From Macrostomum hystrix (taxonomy: Eukaryota; Animalia; Platyhelminthes), in contig CATNEN010000038.1 of the NCBI GenBank assembly GCA_950097015.1, positions 18,290,001-18,354,000 on the forward strand: DNA of 64,000 nt. Direction: 5' to 3'. Under the pieces are notes generated by a model that saw nothing but the letters and a program-made list of their open reading frames with translations, made no database searches and was not told the DNA's origin. The position numbers and the translations under genes are program-made. Of the stretch, positions 27,094 to 37,391 are shown in pieces. The first letter of the stretch is position 1; the number at the start of each line of letters is the position of its first letter.

Positions 27094-29460
27094 ATGACAG
27101 AGAATAACAGCAGCAGCAGCACTAGCCAACAGCGCCAGCAGTTGGTCGGTGTCGGCAGCGGCTGCTACGAAATGGTGGAAACGGCCGACGATGGCCTTGG
27201 CGGCCTCGTGACTAGATCGATCCGGCGGCAGCGCTGTTGCAGTGGCACCGGCTGGATTGTGGCTGGCCTGATGACCACCGCCTTCGTGTTCGGCTGTCTG
27301 CTCAGTTTTGCTGTGACTTCGCTGGTTATGAGATCCGCTGTAACGCGCCGCGATGATGGCGCTAGCACTGGCGGCTACAGCAGGCAGCGATTAGGCAAAA
27401 GTTTTTGGATCAGCGAGGCTGCAATGAAAGACAACCGCAAGCAGCTGCGCGAACTGGTTCCAAGCTCAACAGTCCTGGAGCAGCACGTGGCAGCCCTGAC
27501 CAGAAACCAGTCCCGAGCTGGCACGCCGAGCTCCACCTATCACGCGAATTACGTCGCCGACAATTGGAGAAAGTTAGGCCTCCGTGTTTTTAATCGCACG
27601 TACAACGTGCTACTGTCGTATCTTGATACTTCGTCGCCTTCGGGAACTGAAATCGGTGTCCAGCTATGCAGAAGAGTCTTGCGACCCGGCTGCAGAAAGC
27701 TAAATTTGGATGAGGCAATCACTGCACATGAAAAATCGTCAGACGCTTTGCCATCGATAGTTCCATTTACGAAACCCCTGGTCGGAGAGTTTCAGCTTAT
27801 CACTCTGGAGCAGCTAAGGCAAGCTGTGTTGGACACGAATAACACGAATCAGTTGCGTCAGTTTCTTTCTAACAAGATCATTCTCGGTGACCGATCTGTG
27901 TCAGCTTTCATCAACATCAGCGTTTTAAACATGACATCCGGTGTTTTAAAGAAGATGTCAGCCGATTCGCAGCCCGGCGTCCCAATCTATCCGAATGGCA
28001 CTGGCGTACCTAAAACTGCTATCTCCATGAGGACCACGCTAAACACAAACGTAAAGGGCGACCCTTCTACACCACTGTTCCCATCAAAGCCGTACGCTGT
28101 GCGCCTGGAAGGCGATCCACCACTGAGCCAGCCGGACCATCCAACTGTACCCATCTCCGAAGCGGACGTGGAAATGATCATGCAGGAGTATGGCGATGGC
28201 AAGTGCAATGATTGCTACCTTCGCATAAACTGGCCGATGCGTACAGCTCTGCAGCCAATCCAGGACGTGTGCGCCGAGCTACCGGGTTGGTTGGAGCCCG
28301 ACCGAGTGGTGCTAGTTGCCGGACATCGTGACGCCTGGCATTCGGGAGCACTTGACCCGCACTCAGGCCTGAGTTCACTGCTGGAGATTGGAAGGGCTCT
28401 GATGGATCTTCACAGGACAGGTTGGAGGCCGAGACGAAGCCTGCTACTCTGCAGCTGGGACGCCGAGGAGTGGAACCTAATTGGGAGCGCAGAGTGGCTT
28501 GATGAGGAAATCCAGAGAGCCAATCGGCGCATTGTAGGCTACGTGAACACTGACACTGACATCATGGGCAACTGGAAAGTCATGGTGCACGCATTTCGCA
28601 GATGGCATGGCTTTCTTGACGGTCTGTTCTCGGAGGTGCCAAATCCGGATAAGACCGGCTCCAGCTATCATTTCTACATGACACCAGACGCATACTCTGA
28701 CTATTATGTGTTTTGGCGTAATCTAGGCATACCAATTGTGGACCTGTCCTATATTCGGCCAAATGAGCCGCGAATGGTAGTGTACGATCTGTACCATAGC
28801 CGGTACGATACGTTGCAGCTCTACCGTCTCACCGACCCAGGTGGCAAGGCTCATCTCGCCACAGTGCACAATTACTTGGGTATAGTGTACAGCCTGCTTG
28901 ATGCACCAATTTTGCCGGGCAATATGACCGCATATGCCATCGAGATTTCGGAAGTAATGAGGAGGCTGTACGATCTGGCTGAAAATGCCAGCGTTACGGT
29001 AGCCCGAGGCAGCCGAAACGGCATCAATAGTCCGACTTGGTTAGCGCTGCGCGAAGCATTTTTGCAAGAGCTGGACAGTGCAGCCACTGCACTGCGTTTC
29101 TTCCAGGCAGAGTGGCTCGACCGAATTAACTCAAGCCTGGACATTCTGTCTCAGCGCATGCTCAACGACAAACTGATGGACGTGCAGAAAGCCTTCGTCT
29201 ACCGGTCCACTTATCCGCACCCGGATGTGGTCAACCTGCTAGCTGAGGAGGGCAGCCTGCGCGTGTTTCGTCGAATATTTCGCCAGGAGATGCACGACAC
29301 ACACGAGCTACAAGGCTTCAGCGGTAGCGGCGGCGGCGGAAGCGGCGGTGGTGGCGGCAGCTCAGAAGCCAGGCAAAAAAACTTGGAGAAGCTACTCGAG
29401 GTTTGCATTCTTAGCCTGTCTTCGGTATCCAAGCTGCTATCGGATAGTTTTGCAACTTAG
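27094..29460 (+). CDS. Type II membrane M28B metallopeptidase (glutamate carboxypeptidase II / NAALADase-like), intronless, 788 aa
   Basis: N-terminal TM anchor, GDPSTP motif, and intact zinc/catalytic motifs GHRDAW, GALDP, SWDAEE, YVNTD and YHSRYD. TfR-dimer-like C-terminus (RMLNDKLMDVQKAF). Confidence 0.93.
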   Translation: MTENNSSSSTSQQRQQLVGVGSGCYEMVETADDGLGGLVTRSIRRQRCCSGTGWIVAGLMTTAFVFGCLLSFAVTSLVMRSAVTRRDDGASTGGYSRQRLGKSFWISEAAMKDNRKQLRELVPSSTVLEQHVAALTRNQSRAGTPSSTYHANYVADNWRKLGLRVFNRTYNVLLSYLDTSSPSGTEIGVQLCRRVLRPGCRKLNLDEAITAHEKSSDALPSIVPFTKPLVGEFQLITLEQLRQAVLDTNNTNQLRQFLSNKIILGDRSVSAFINISVLNMTSGVLKKMSADSQPGVPIYPNGTGVPKTAISMRTTLNTNVKGDPSTPLFPSKPYAVRLEGDPPLSQPDHPTVPISEADVEMIMQEYGDGKCNDCYLRINWPMRTALQPIQDVCAELPGWLEPDRVVLVAGHRDAWHSGALDPHSGLSSLLEIGRALMDLHRTGWRPRRSLLLCSWDAEEWNLIGSAEWLDEEIQRANRRIVGYVNTDTDIMGNWKVMVHAFRRWHGFLDGLFSEVPNPDKTGSSYHFYMTPDAYSDYYVFWRNLGIPIVDLSYIRPNEPRMVVYDLYHSRYDTLQLYRLTDPGGKAHLATVHNYLGIVYSLLDAPILPGNMTAYAIEISEVMRRLYDLAENASVTVARGSRNGINSPTWLALREAFLQELDSAATALRFFQAEWLDRINSSLDILSQRMLNDKLMDVQKAFVYRSTYPHPDVVNLLAEEGSLRVFRRIFRQEMHDTHELQGFSGSGGGGSGGGGGSSEARQKNLEKLLEVCILSLSSVSKLLSDSFAT

Positions 29461-30174
29461 TACAGTTCAATCCAATGTTCCTAAAGAAGATTGAATCAAA
29501 TTTTTATCCGATTTCTTTGCTTTTGAGGCTAGTTCAACTTTCTGCATTAGGTGTCTGAGTGAAGTAAAAGAAGAGTTTTAATATGCTTGTTTTTGTTTAT
29601 TGACTTACTCACTTTGATCTAGAAAGCTGTTGTAATTTTTTATGATTATCTAATTACCCTCATATAAACTTTGTTCACTGTTTAAAAAAAGCACAAAGCT
29701 TCGCCGACAATGTGATAAAAGCTGAAATTAATTTTTCCGAATACCTCTGTCGCGAAAAAAACTTATTACTTCCAAGTACTAAAGTTCTTTATTTGTAACC
29801 TCACCTTTGTCTGCTCGTCTTCAATTAATTATCGATTTATTTTCTCTTCCGGCAGTTAGCCCCCTCCGGTCTAGCCTACCCTCTTGTTTCTCTTACCCCC
29901 CACTGGTAGGTTAGTCGGCCTCAATTTCATCTCTATGTACAGTTCAATTTGAACTGTTCACCGCAACAGCCTGCTTAATATGATCGCGCACCCTCTGCCT
30001 TCGTTGATTTTGTGAAATATATAATGGGTTAGGGGCCTGTGGCTCGCGCAACTTTTTCTTCTCTCGTCGGTTTTCTGTTATTTCAAATGTAAATAAGATA
30101 GCTTCAAATTGAGAATGGCGCAAGATAGCTCAGCAACAAATGCAGATCATTTAGTGCAGCTTGTCTCCTGTCAT

Positions 30175-30482
30175 GATTGTCTTAGAGGAGGAGTTGGCAG
30201 ATCCGGTTCGCAAGCGTGCAGGTATTCGGTCTAGCGTCACTAAGACAGTTGGGCAAGGCAGAAATTCTCTTAGGAAAATGTTTTCGAAGAGAGGTTGAGC
30301 GTGCAGAACCAGCATATTTTGAGGTGCTCAATTTGAAACTCTGTGCGATCAGGCAGCTGGATGAGGGTATAGCAGAGTCGATTCCAGAGGAGACGGTGGA
30401 ATCGGAGCAGGAGGATTGCGAATGCTATGAGATGCATCAAAATGCTCGAGGCCGCAGTGCCGCCCATACAATTGCTCGTTAG
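30175..30482 (+). pseudogene. Degenerate BEL/Pao-type gag N-terminal fragment
   Basis: RKRAGIRSSVTK in one frame and LNLKLCAIRQLDEGIAESIPEETVESEQEDCECY in another resemble the helical N-terminus of BEL/Pao Gag. Frameshifted; recognised from memory, not searched. Confidence 0.4.
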
Positions 30483-31279
30483 TTTCGATAGTTTTGCAGT
30501 TAAATTTTGTTTGAGTTACTAGCTTATTTATGTGCACTGCACGAATTAAATATTAAATTTTCACTATATACTTCGGGTGTGTCATAAGTAATGTCACTGA
30601 GGGTAAAACAGACCAACTAACAATCGCAGATGAACGAAACTGTATCAATCAACAACATAGTGTCCCCCAATATCAATCACCCTCTGGCAGTGCTCGTACA
30701 GCTTCTCTACCTCAGCCTGCAGGTGTTTTTCCTCCAGCTGTCGGAACCAGTGCAACGCGGCTTCTTTGACCTCATCATGGTTTGCGAAACTTCTCTGGGA
30801 AAAGTCTGCCTTCAGCCATTTAAAGAGAAACCTGTCGCACAAGTTGAAGTCTGGGCTGTAGGGACTCTGCCAGAGCAGATTTACTCGCCGTCCAGCCAGA
30901 AAATCCGAAACAGCCTGACAGGTGTGGGGCCGTGCGTTGTCCATCTGCCACAGAACTTCGTTCAGGTGAATCGGGTTTGACCGGAGCGTGCGCCAGAGGT
31001 TCCCAGTGTGTCGGACAAAGTCGATGAAGTACTGGCCATCGACCTTGGTGTTTGGCGGAGTTGTACAGATGGATACTCGTTTGTTTGGCGTGAATGCCAC
31101 CAGCAGCATGGTCTTCTTGTCTGAGATGGACCTCCTGGTCACAGTCAGCCTGGAGTCCCCAGCTCCCAGCCAGCAGCGATTGTCTGCCTTGCTGCTTTTG
31201 CCATCCAGGTGGAGCCAGGTCTCATCCTCAACAACCAGGCAGTTTAGGATGTCATCCAAGCCCCGGCTGCTGAACACCT

Positions 31280-33196
31280 CTCTCTCTCTCTCTCTCTACT
31301 GGCCCCTCGGCCAAAGGCCATACAGGGGGCGCGCCAGCGCGCCCGTTGCCTCCAGGAAATCCAGCACCCTCTCCGGGTGCTCCTGCAGCAGGGACATCGA
31401 GCCGACGCCTTCAAAGCAGCGGCGCTCCTCCTCCCATCTCGGGCAGTCCAGCAGGAAGTGTTCCGTGTTCTCGACCGGGGCTTAGCAATGTGGGCAGACC
31501 GGGCTCTCCACGCGGCCCCAGCGGTGTAGGGTGTCCCGAAGGAAAGGGGCCCGGTTGGCCCGCAGCTGATAAAGGGCCACTTCCTGGTCCCGCCGCCTCC
31601 TGTTGCTTGGCGGCAGTGGCCTGCCCCCGCAGCGCCGGTGAGGGTGCTCCGCCGGAACCTCAGCCTCGTACTGGGCTTTGGCCCAGACGACGCTCTGCCG
31701 CCGGACCGCAGCCTGAATGGCACCTGCTGAAGCCCGGGCGCCTTCCTGAGGCAGCGCGCAGCCTTCCCGGGCCAGCGAGTCGGCTTCCTCGTTCAGGTGC
31801 AGACCCGCATGTCCCGGGATCCAGATGACTGTGAGCCGGTGTTTTTCAGCCAGCTGGTGCAGCAGGGCCACTGCCTGTGCCGCCCCATGGTCGTCCTGAC
31901 ACCGCTCCAGGCGCTGCAGCTTCTCGAAGAGCGCGCGGGAGTCGAAGAGCAGCCAGATGGTACGATGGGTCTGCCCCTCCAGCAACTCCCCCGCCGCCTG
32001 CAGCCCCGCCGCTGCCGCCGCCGCCTCTGCAGATGTTGAGCACGTGAGGCGCCCTGTCGCGACTGACCCGTTGACATCCGGGCCCGGTGCCCGCCGCCGG
32101 ATCACGTAGCCGCCTCCCCCGTTCCGGACTCCTTCCTCCGCTGCCCCGTCCGTCCAAATTTGCAGGTCAGGCGGGTCCTTCTGGTGCAGGTTGTCCAGGG
32201 TGATCAGGGCTTCCTGCCTCCGCCGCCACTCCGGGTCCTCCCTCTTCGTGTTGGGCGTGCAGACAAACGACACTGCCGTACCCCTCCACGGCCTCGGCAG
32301 CATGGTCACAGGCACCCGCTCCTCGGGATTATCGGCACTCCTCCTGCAGCCACAACCCCTCAACACTTGCTTGGCGGTATCCCTCCAGCTGGGCCGCAAA
32401 CCCCCGCCTCGCGCCTTCAGCCTGCGCGCCGTGCATGGCTCCTGGGCCAGGCCTCCGAGCGGATGGGCAGCCGGGAACTGCCGGCACCTGGTGAGCAGCG
32501 CAGCAGCCTTCTCCTCGCAGATGGGGCCCAGCGACAGCAGTTCCGCGTCCGTCGTCAGCGCCAGCGAACGCGCCCCTGCCCCGACCCCCGTGATGATGCG
32601 GGCCGCTTCGGCGTTCAGCCGTTCCAACCTCTGCCGGTGAGTTGGGGCCAGGAAGCTCCACCAGACCTCCGCGCAGTAGAGTCCAGCCGGCCTGACGTAG
32701 CTGCAATACAGCTGCCGCAGCGTACGAGCCTCCGCTCCCCAGGTGCGGCCTGCAACCGCACGGAGAGCGATGAGCCTGCGGCGAATGGTGGCAGCCGCAG
32801 ATTGGGCGTGCTCGGCGAAGGTCAGCTGGCTGTCAAGGTGCACGCCCAGGATCTTGACCGTGCTGCTGAGCGCGATCTGCTGGCCGCCGACTGTCAGCTG
32901 CACGGGGGCCTTGCCCTTGACCTCCCCCGGGTGCGTGGTAACCAGTAGGGCTTCGGTCTTGTCGGGCGCCAGCTCGAACTGATGATTTTTGCACCAGGAA
33001 GCCACTGCATCGATGGCGGTTTGCGACAGCTCCGCCGCCTCAGCTGCAGATTTCCCAGACGCGTTGACGGTCAGATCATCCGCATACTGCACTGGCCTGG
33101 ACTCCGGCGCAGCGGCCTTAACGGCCGCCGGCAACGTGGAGGTAGCGATGACGAAGAGGAGGGGGGAGAGCGGACTGCCCTGCGGGACGCCTTCCT
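31280..33196 (-). mobile_element. 5'-truncated non-LTR retrotransposon (I-group-like: partial RT, RNase H, CCHC knuckle, (AG)n tail)
   Basis: Motifs GVPQGSPLSPLLF, QYADD, ILGVHLD; RNase H IWTDG/AEAAA/FDS/WIPGH..NEEAD; CPHC*x7H x4 C. (AG)n tail. 12-bp TSD TGCTGAACACCT at 31268-31279 and 33197-33208. Confidence 0.93.
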
Positions 33197-33635
33197 TGCT
33201 GAACACCTTGCGGATCTGATTGGCGCAGTTCACACGGGCCTGACGTTGGTCCGCAGTGAGGTCATGGGGCACCCAGACCGAGCAGACGTTTCGGAGATGG
33301 AGATCCTCTGTCAAGATGCGATGGACTGTCTTGAAATCAATCTCCAAGCAGTCCGCTAGCTCCCTGACAGACTGCCGCGGGTCTTCCTTGACCAGGTCGC
33401 TGATGACTTCGATGTTCTCTATTGTCCTGGTTAAACATGGTCGTCCAGATCTGGCGGCATCTCCCAATTCGAACCCAGGATCAGTAAAGTTCTGAAACCA
33501 CCTGTAAATTGTCCTGCGAGTTGGGCAGTTGTCTGGCAGTGTGTTCCGGAGATCCTCCTCTACTTCAAGTGCAGATTTTCCAAGCTTGAAGCGAATGAAA
33601 GCGTAGAACTGGATGTGCGTCTTGTCGTGATTCAT
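31482..33635 (-). CDS. Chimeric ORF: mariner DNA-binding domain fused in frame to LINE RT(partial)-RNase H, 717 aa from ATG
   Basis: Continuous frame across the junction ...QIRKVFS|KEGVPQG. Expression unknown. Confidence 0.5.
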   Translation of the reverse strand: MNHDKTHIQFYAFIRFKLGKSALEVEEDLRNTLPDNCPTRRTIYRWFQNFTDPGFELGDAARSGRPCLTRTIENIEVISDLVKEDPRQSVRELADCLEIDFKTVHRILTEDLHLRNVCSVWVPHDLTADQRQARVNCANQIRKVFSKEGVPQGSPLSPLLFVIATSTLPAAVKAAAPESRPVQYADDLTVNASGKSAAEAAELSQTAIDAVASWCKNHQFELAPDKTEALLVTTHPGEVKGKAPVQLTVGGQQIALSSTVKILGVHLDSQLTFAEHAQSAAATIRRRLIALRAVAGRTWGAEARTLRQLYCSYVRPAGLYCAEVWWSFLAPTHRQRLERLNAEAARIITGVGAGARSLALTTDAELLSLGPICEEKAAALLTRCRQFPAAHPLGGLAQEPCTARRLKARGGGLRPSWRDTAKQVLRGCGCRRSADNPEERVPVTMLPRPWRGTAVSFVCTPNTKREDPEWRRRQEALITLDNLHQKDPPDLQIWTDGAAEEGVRNGGGGYVIRRRAPGPDVNGSVATGRLTCSTSAEAAAAAAGLQAAGELLEGQTHRTIWLLFDSRALFEKLQRLERCQDDHGAAQAVALLHQLAEKHRLTVIWIPGHAGLHLNEEADSLAREGCALPQEGARASAGAIQAAVRRQSVVWAKAQYEAEVPAEHPHRRCGGRPLPPSNRRRRDQEVALYQLRANRAPFLRDTLHRWGRVESPVCPHC

Positions 33636-36426
33636 GTTGAGTTTTGCTCGTTGCAAAAAGAAGATTTCATCGCGTTGCGCTTGCTAAATCTGATTTAAGC
33701 TAAGTCTAAGCTAAGTCTAAGCTAAGTCTAAGCTAAGCTAAACTAATGCTAAGTCTACGACAGTTTTGGCCATAGACATTAAAATTGCTGCTCAGGTGTG
33801 GTGGCAACTTCTCAATAAATGTACTTTCAGAATATAATAAATTTGGATGATTATTGCTTTGGGTTCCCGCACAACAACCACAGTGACATTACTTATGACA
33901 CACCCGTAGTAATAAAGATCAATTTGTGCTGATTCGGGATTAATAGTGACTTCTGCTTGCTTCATTGACAAGTGCGGTTTTGCTTGTTGCTAATAATATT
34001 TGATAGGATAGTAAGTGAAAAACAACGAAAAGCCTCTTCTTTATTGCCCCTGGAAAGTGACAGTGACGGCTAATAAATCGAAAATGTTTCGGAAGCAGGC
34101 GAGACCTGACACGCAAACCTGGTTCAGATATTCGCATATTCGCTCTTCTATAGTTGCTGTGCAGAAGTGTGTGCCCATAGAAGTCCACTTTTGAACCCTT
34201 GGACGGCATCGCGTTCTCCCCAAGGGAGTGAAACTGAAGCATAAACAAGGGTGCATTGAACAGAAACTGGCAGATTCACATTGATTTATAAAATAAGAAG
34301 ATGCCAGCGACGAAATGCAATGAGGACTATAGTCCAAGGAATTCAATTTAAAGCCTGATAGACTGCAGAATAGCCATCAGAAGCAGCTAACTAAAGTATC
34401 AATTATTTAGGCTCGAAAATTACACGACAGACTCACCAAGTCAACGCTGGCGAGCACAGGGAATTTCGTAATTTATTCCCTAAGAAATCCAATGTGCAAC
34501 TCGGCGGCATCTGAAACTAAGATCTGCTCTAAAAAGGGGAGAAATATTGTGCCAATTTCCTAACCATTCGTTGGAAAATGTGCAACATTATGATGTATAT
34601 TTTCGCGTCGCCTGCTACATTTGCATGCAATTTGTGTCGGATATTGTGAGCGCGGGAGGCTTGCTGTTCCGCTACAATCGTATTTTACAAGTCTCGCTTG
34701 GTGTTCTTCAAAGCAATTTTCTAATGTATTTTTCTGCCTGGCACTGGTGCAACTCCCGGGAGCTGCACAACGTGTTTATCGTGGCTGAACGGCTTCCTTA
34801 ACGCTGGCCGCGATTCAGCCTGTAGTGGGACGGCGCGGCAAATGTCAAGCCTGCAAGGCGTCCCCGATGCGACAGCTTTAGTGCTGTGGTCATTCTCTTC
34901 CACTGAGCCAGCTGATGCAGGGACCAAGGCTGCATTGCGGTGCACAAAGATCGAACTGGCACGGCAAGGTGGAATAGGAGTAGCTCCTAATCCAGGTGGG
35001 GTTCAAGAGAGTCAGCAGCAGTATCTAGAAGTGGCAGGACAAACACGCGCTTCAAATTTTTGCTAGGACACACGGATCAGTCAGTCAAGGCGAGGCACCG
35101 GCCGGGCCGGAAAAGGAATTCCGTAGGGTGTCGGGAAGTTTGTTTACAATGGCGATGGGGATGGGAATCACCCTGTTGGGATTTCGAATGATCCCAGACC
35201 ATCCTTCTATCCAGGTGTATAGGAAGCTAAATTCTTGGCTCGATTACTGCCCGTCATTGAAAAAAACTCAAGAATTCTGCGTACCTAATATGGCTACTTC
35301 CTAAAACATGAGCTGCCAAACGACGAACTTTCTAACTGCGCTTGCCCTGTTGTTCTCGCCTGTAGAGTGTGCTCAAAACAAGCTGAACAAGCTTGTTGAC
35401 GTTGCAGTGAGCGGCCATCAGGTGATTAACTTGTGCTCGAATTCAAAGCCGATTTTCTGCTCTCAGCGGCTTGTATACGTCAACAGTCTGATGCCTGATA
35501 TCGACCAGACGGTAAGTTCTGCGGTCCGAGGCCCGTACCTGATCGTTTGAGGGCGGTGACGCTTTGACGCTGCACTTAAAACCTGAAAGCGTACTCAATT
35601 TTGCTCGAAAGTATAGCACGTTAGGTGCACTATTTTTAACACAGTACAATAGGAGTCCCGATTTTGTATGCGTTTCTCCCTCTAGCTGAAATATTTGCTT
35701 GATCAATTACCCAGTATTCTCCATGTAGTTTAATGAAATGTATCTACCCGAACGTACGCTCTCAGTATGGTGAAATCTAAATTGTTTGCACCGTCAGAGC
35801 AGCACCAGCTTCATGCAATTGCTGCTACCGCATCCGCCGAATAGCTCTTATTATACGCCTATCTAGAAGCTCATGAAAAGGTAATTAAAAAGGGGTGAAA
35901 ATCTCAAATCAACGTTCCCTACACTTCCCCAATTGTCCGATTAAGCTAGCTTTTCATAATGAAATTAACTCTGCGCACATATAAGCCTAATGTTGTGCGT
36001 GCCTCTGCACCCTGAATTGTCTGAGCATTGCTTAATGGTTAATGTGTGATGTTTGATCATTGGAATAATTGATTAATGAAGCTTCTGTGCATCAATAAAC
36101 CATCGTTTTGTTGCGAGGTGAATCTTTATGACTTTATAGATCCGTTTTTGCTGCAATTCATTATTTAGCTACCATTATTAATAAGAGGCGATAAATTTAG
36201 CTTCCCGGTGATAAATGCCTAATAGAATCCACACGTTAAATAAACAGCGGCTTGCTTGCTTTGAAATCTAATGTCACGAGGCAGGCGACGCTCTCTGTCT
36301 CTGCCTCTCTGATTGGTTCACGCTCTGTTCCCATGATTGGCTCTTTCTTTTACCAAATTGCCAATCATGTACATCCCTTACGTACTCTTAGTCTGTGCCT
36401 TCACCTTAGAGCTGTAAATGTATATA

Positions 36427-37350
36427 ATATTTCCCATTTATTTCGGCTCCCTAGGGTGGAAGGCTCGAGGCGCAAATTTATTGACCGAGGCTTCGCGCCG
36501 AGTGCCTTTCCGCCCTAGACAGCCGAAAGAAATGGGAAATATGGTATATGTATTCCCACTTGCCCGCCACCTTTGATTGCACTTGTATGCTCTGTGTATA
36601 AACTCTGACTCTCTTTCCCTCTCGGACTCTGTCCATAGTCTATGGTAAAAAACAGACCCTAATTAAAAAAGAAGCGTCGGTGGTAAAAAGTGTACACAAC
36701 GCGTTGAAGGCTGGAAAGGCTGTCAAGGCAGGAAGTAAAATGTGATACTTGCTGAGCTATGGCTAGCTCTCGATCTTAACTGAGGCTGAGGCTGATGTAT
36801 TGATATCCGGCACGGTACCTCCGAACACCATTAAGAAGTGCGAGTGGATGCTGTCCATTTTCAAGGACTGACACGCATTCAGTCTCCGTTTCCACTTCGA
36901 CAGAAGCTTACTGTCGAAGCCTGCCAACCGCCAGCTTCTAAGCGCATGGTGATCGTGGCCAACGGCGAGAACAACATTGTGAGGAATACTTTCACCTAGG
37001 TGATCGTGGTGACGACGCATGCTTGTGCAATGACTATATCATTCTTGACAATATACCATTAATACCTATGCTTTAAGGGCGTTAATGGAAAATCAGAGGG
37101 GAGGATTTTTCATCGACGCCCGCGAAGCTTGGGTATCAATTTTATTGAACCATAGACGTTTTTGCCCAAGCTATACTTTCAGAGTTAGAGACGGGGGTGT
37201 GGGGCAGAGCCCCCACTTCGGGGTGCCATAGACATTATAGCCTCAGTAAGCCATTCCTATTGGTTGATGCCTGTTTGCGGGCGGTTAATGGCTTTTAACT
37301 GCCCGGAAGAAAATTATCGAGCATTAATTCATCTATGGCCATTAACGGGC
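36427..37350 (+). mobile_element. Probable Crypton-like (tyrosine recombinase) element relic
   Basis: 116-bp imperfect palindrome at 36427-36542. Decayed ORF VPPNTIKKCEWMLSIFKD* (~36815) resembles the N-terminus of Crypton/DUF3504-associated proteins. GC hairpin GTGGGGCAGAGCCCCCAC at ~37200. Boundaries uncertain. Confidence 0.35.
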
Positions 37351-37391
37351 AAGACTTTCTGCCCGCCGGGCAAAAAGGTCAGAGTACACTA

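Larger units (their letters stand above)
30571..33909 (-). mobile_element. Mariner (DD34D) transposon interrupted by a LINE
   Basis: 29-bp TIRs CT(T/A)CGGGTGTGTCATAAGTAATGTCACTG at 30571-30599 and 33881-33909, each flanked by TA. Transposase N-half starts at ATG 33635 (two HTHs, RSGRP, WVPHDL). C-half at 31277-30645 carries DETW, DNARPH and YSPDFNLCD with D-34-D spacing. Confidence 0.95.

Noticed and set aside
31482-33656. A native autonomous retro-transposase gene
   Set aside because: The 12-bp TSD, 3' tail, 5'-truncated RT and displaced DD34D half show a secondary LINE insertion. Kept only as a chimeric-ORF finding.
34960-35005. 2A-like peptide (GIGVAPNPGG)
   Set aside because: It lacks the D(V/I)ExNPGP consensus and has no associated long ORF.
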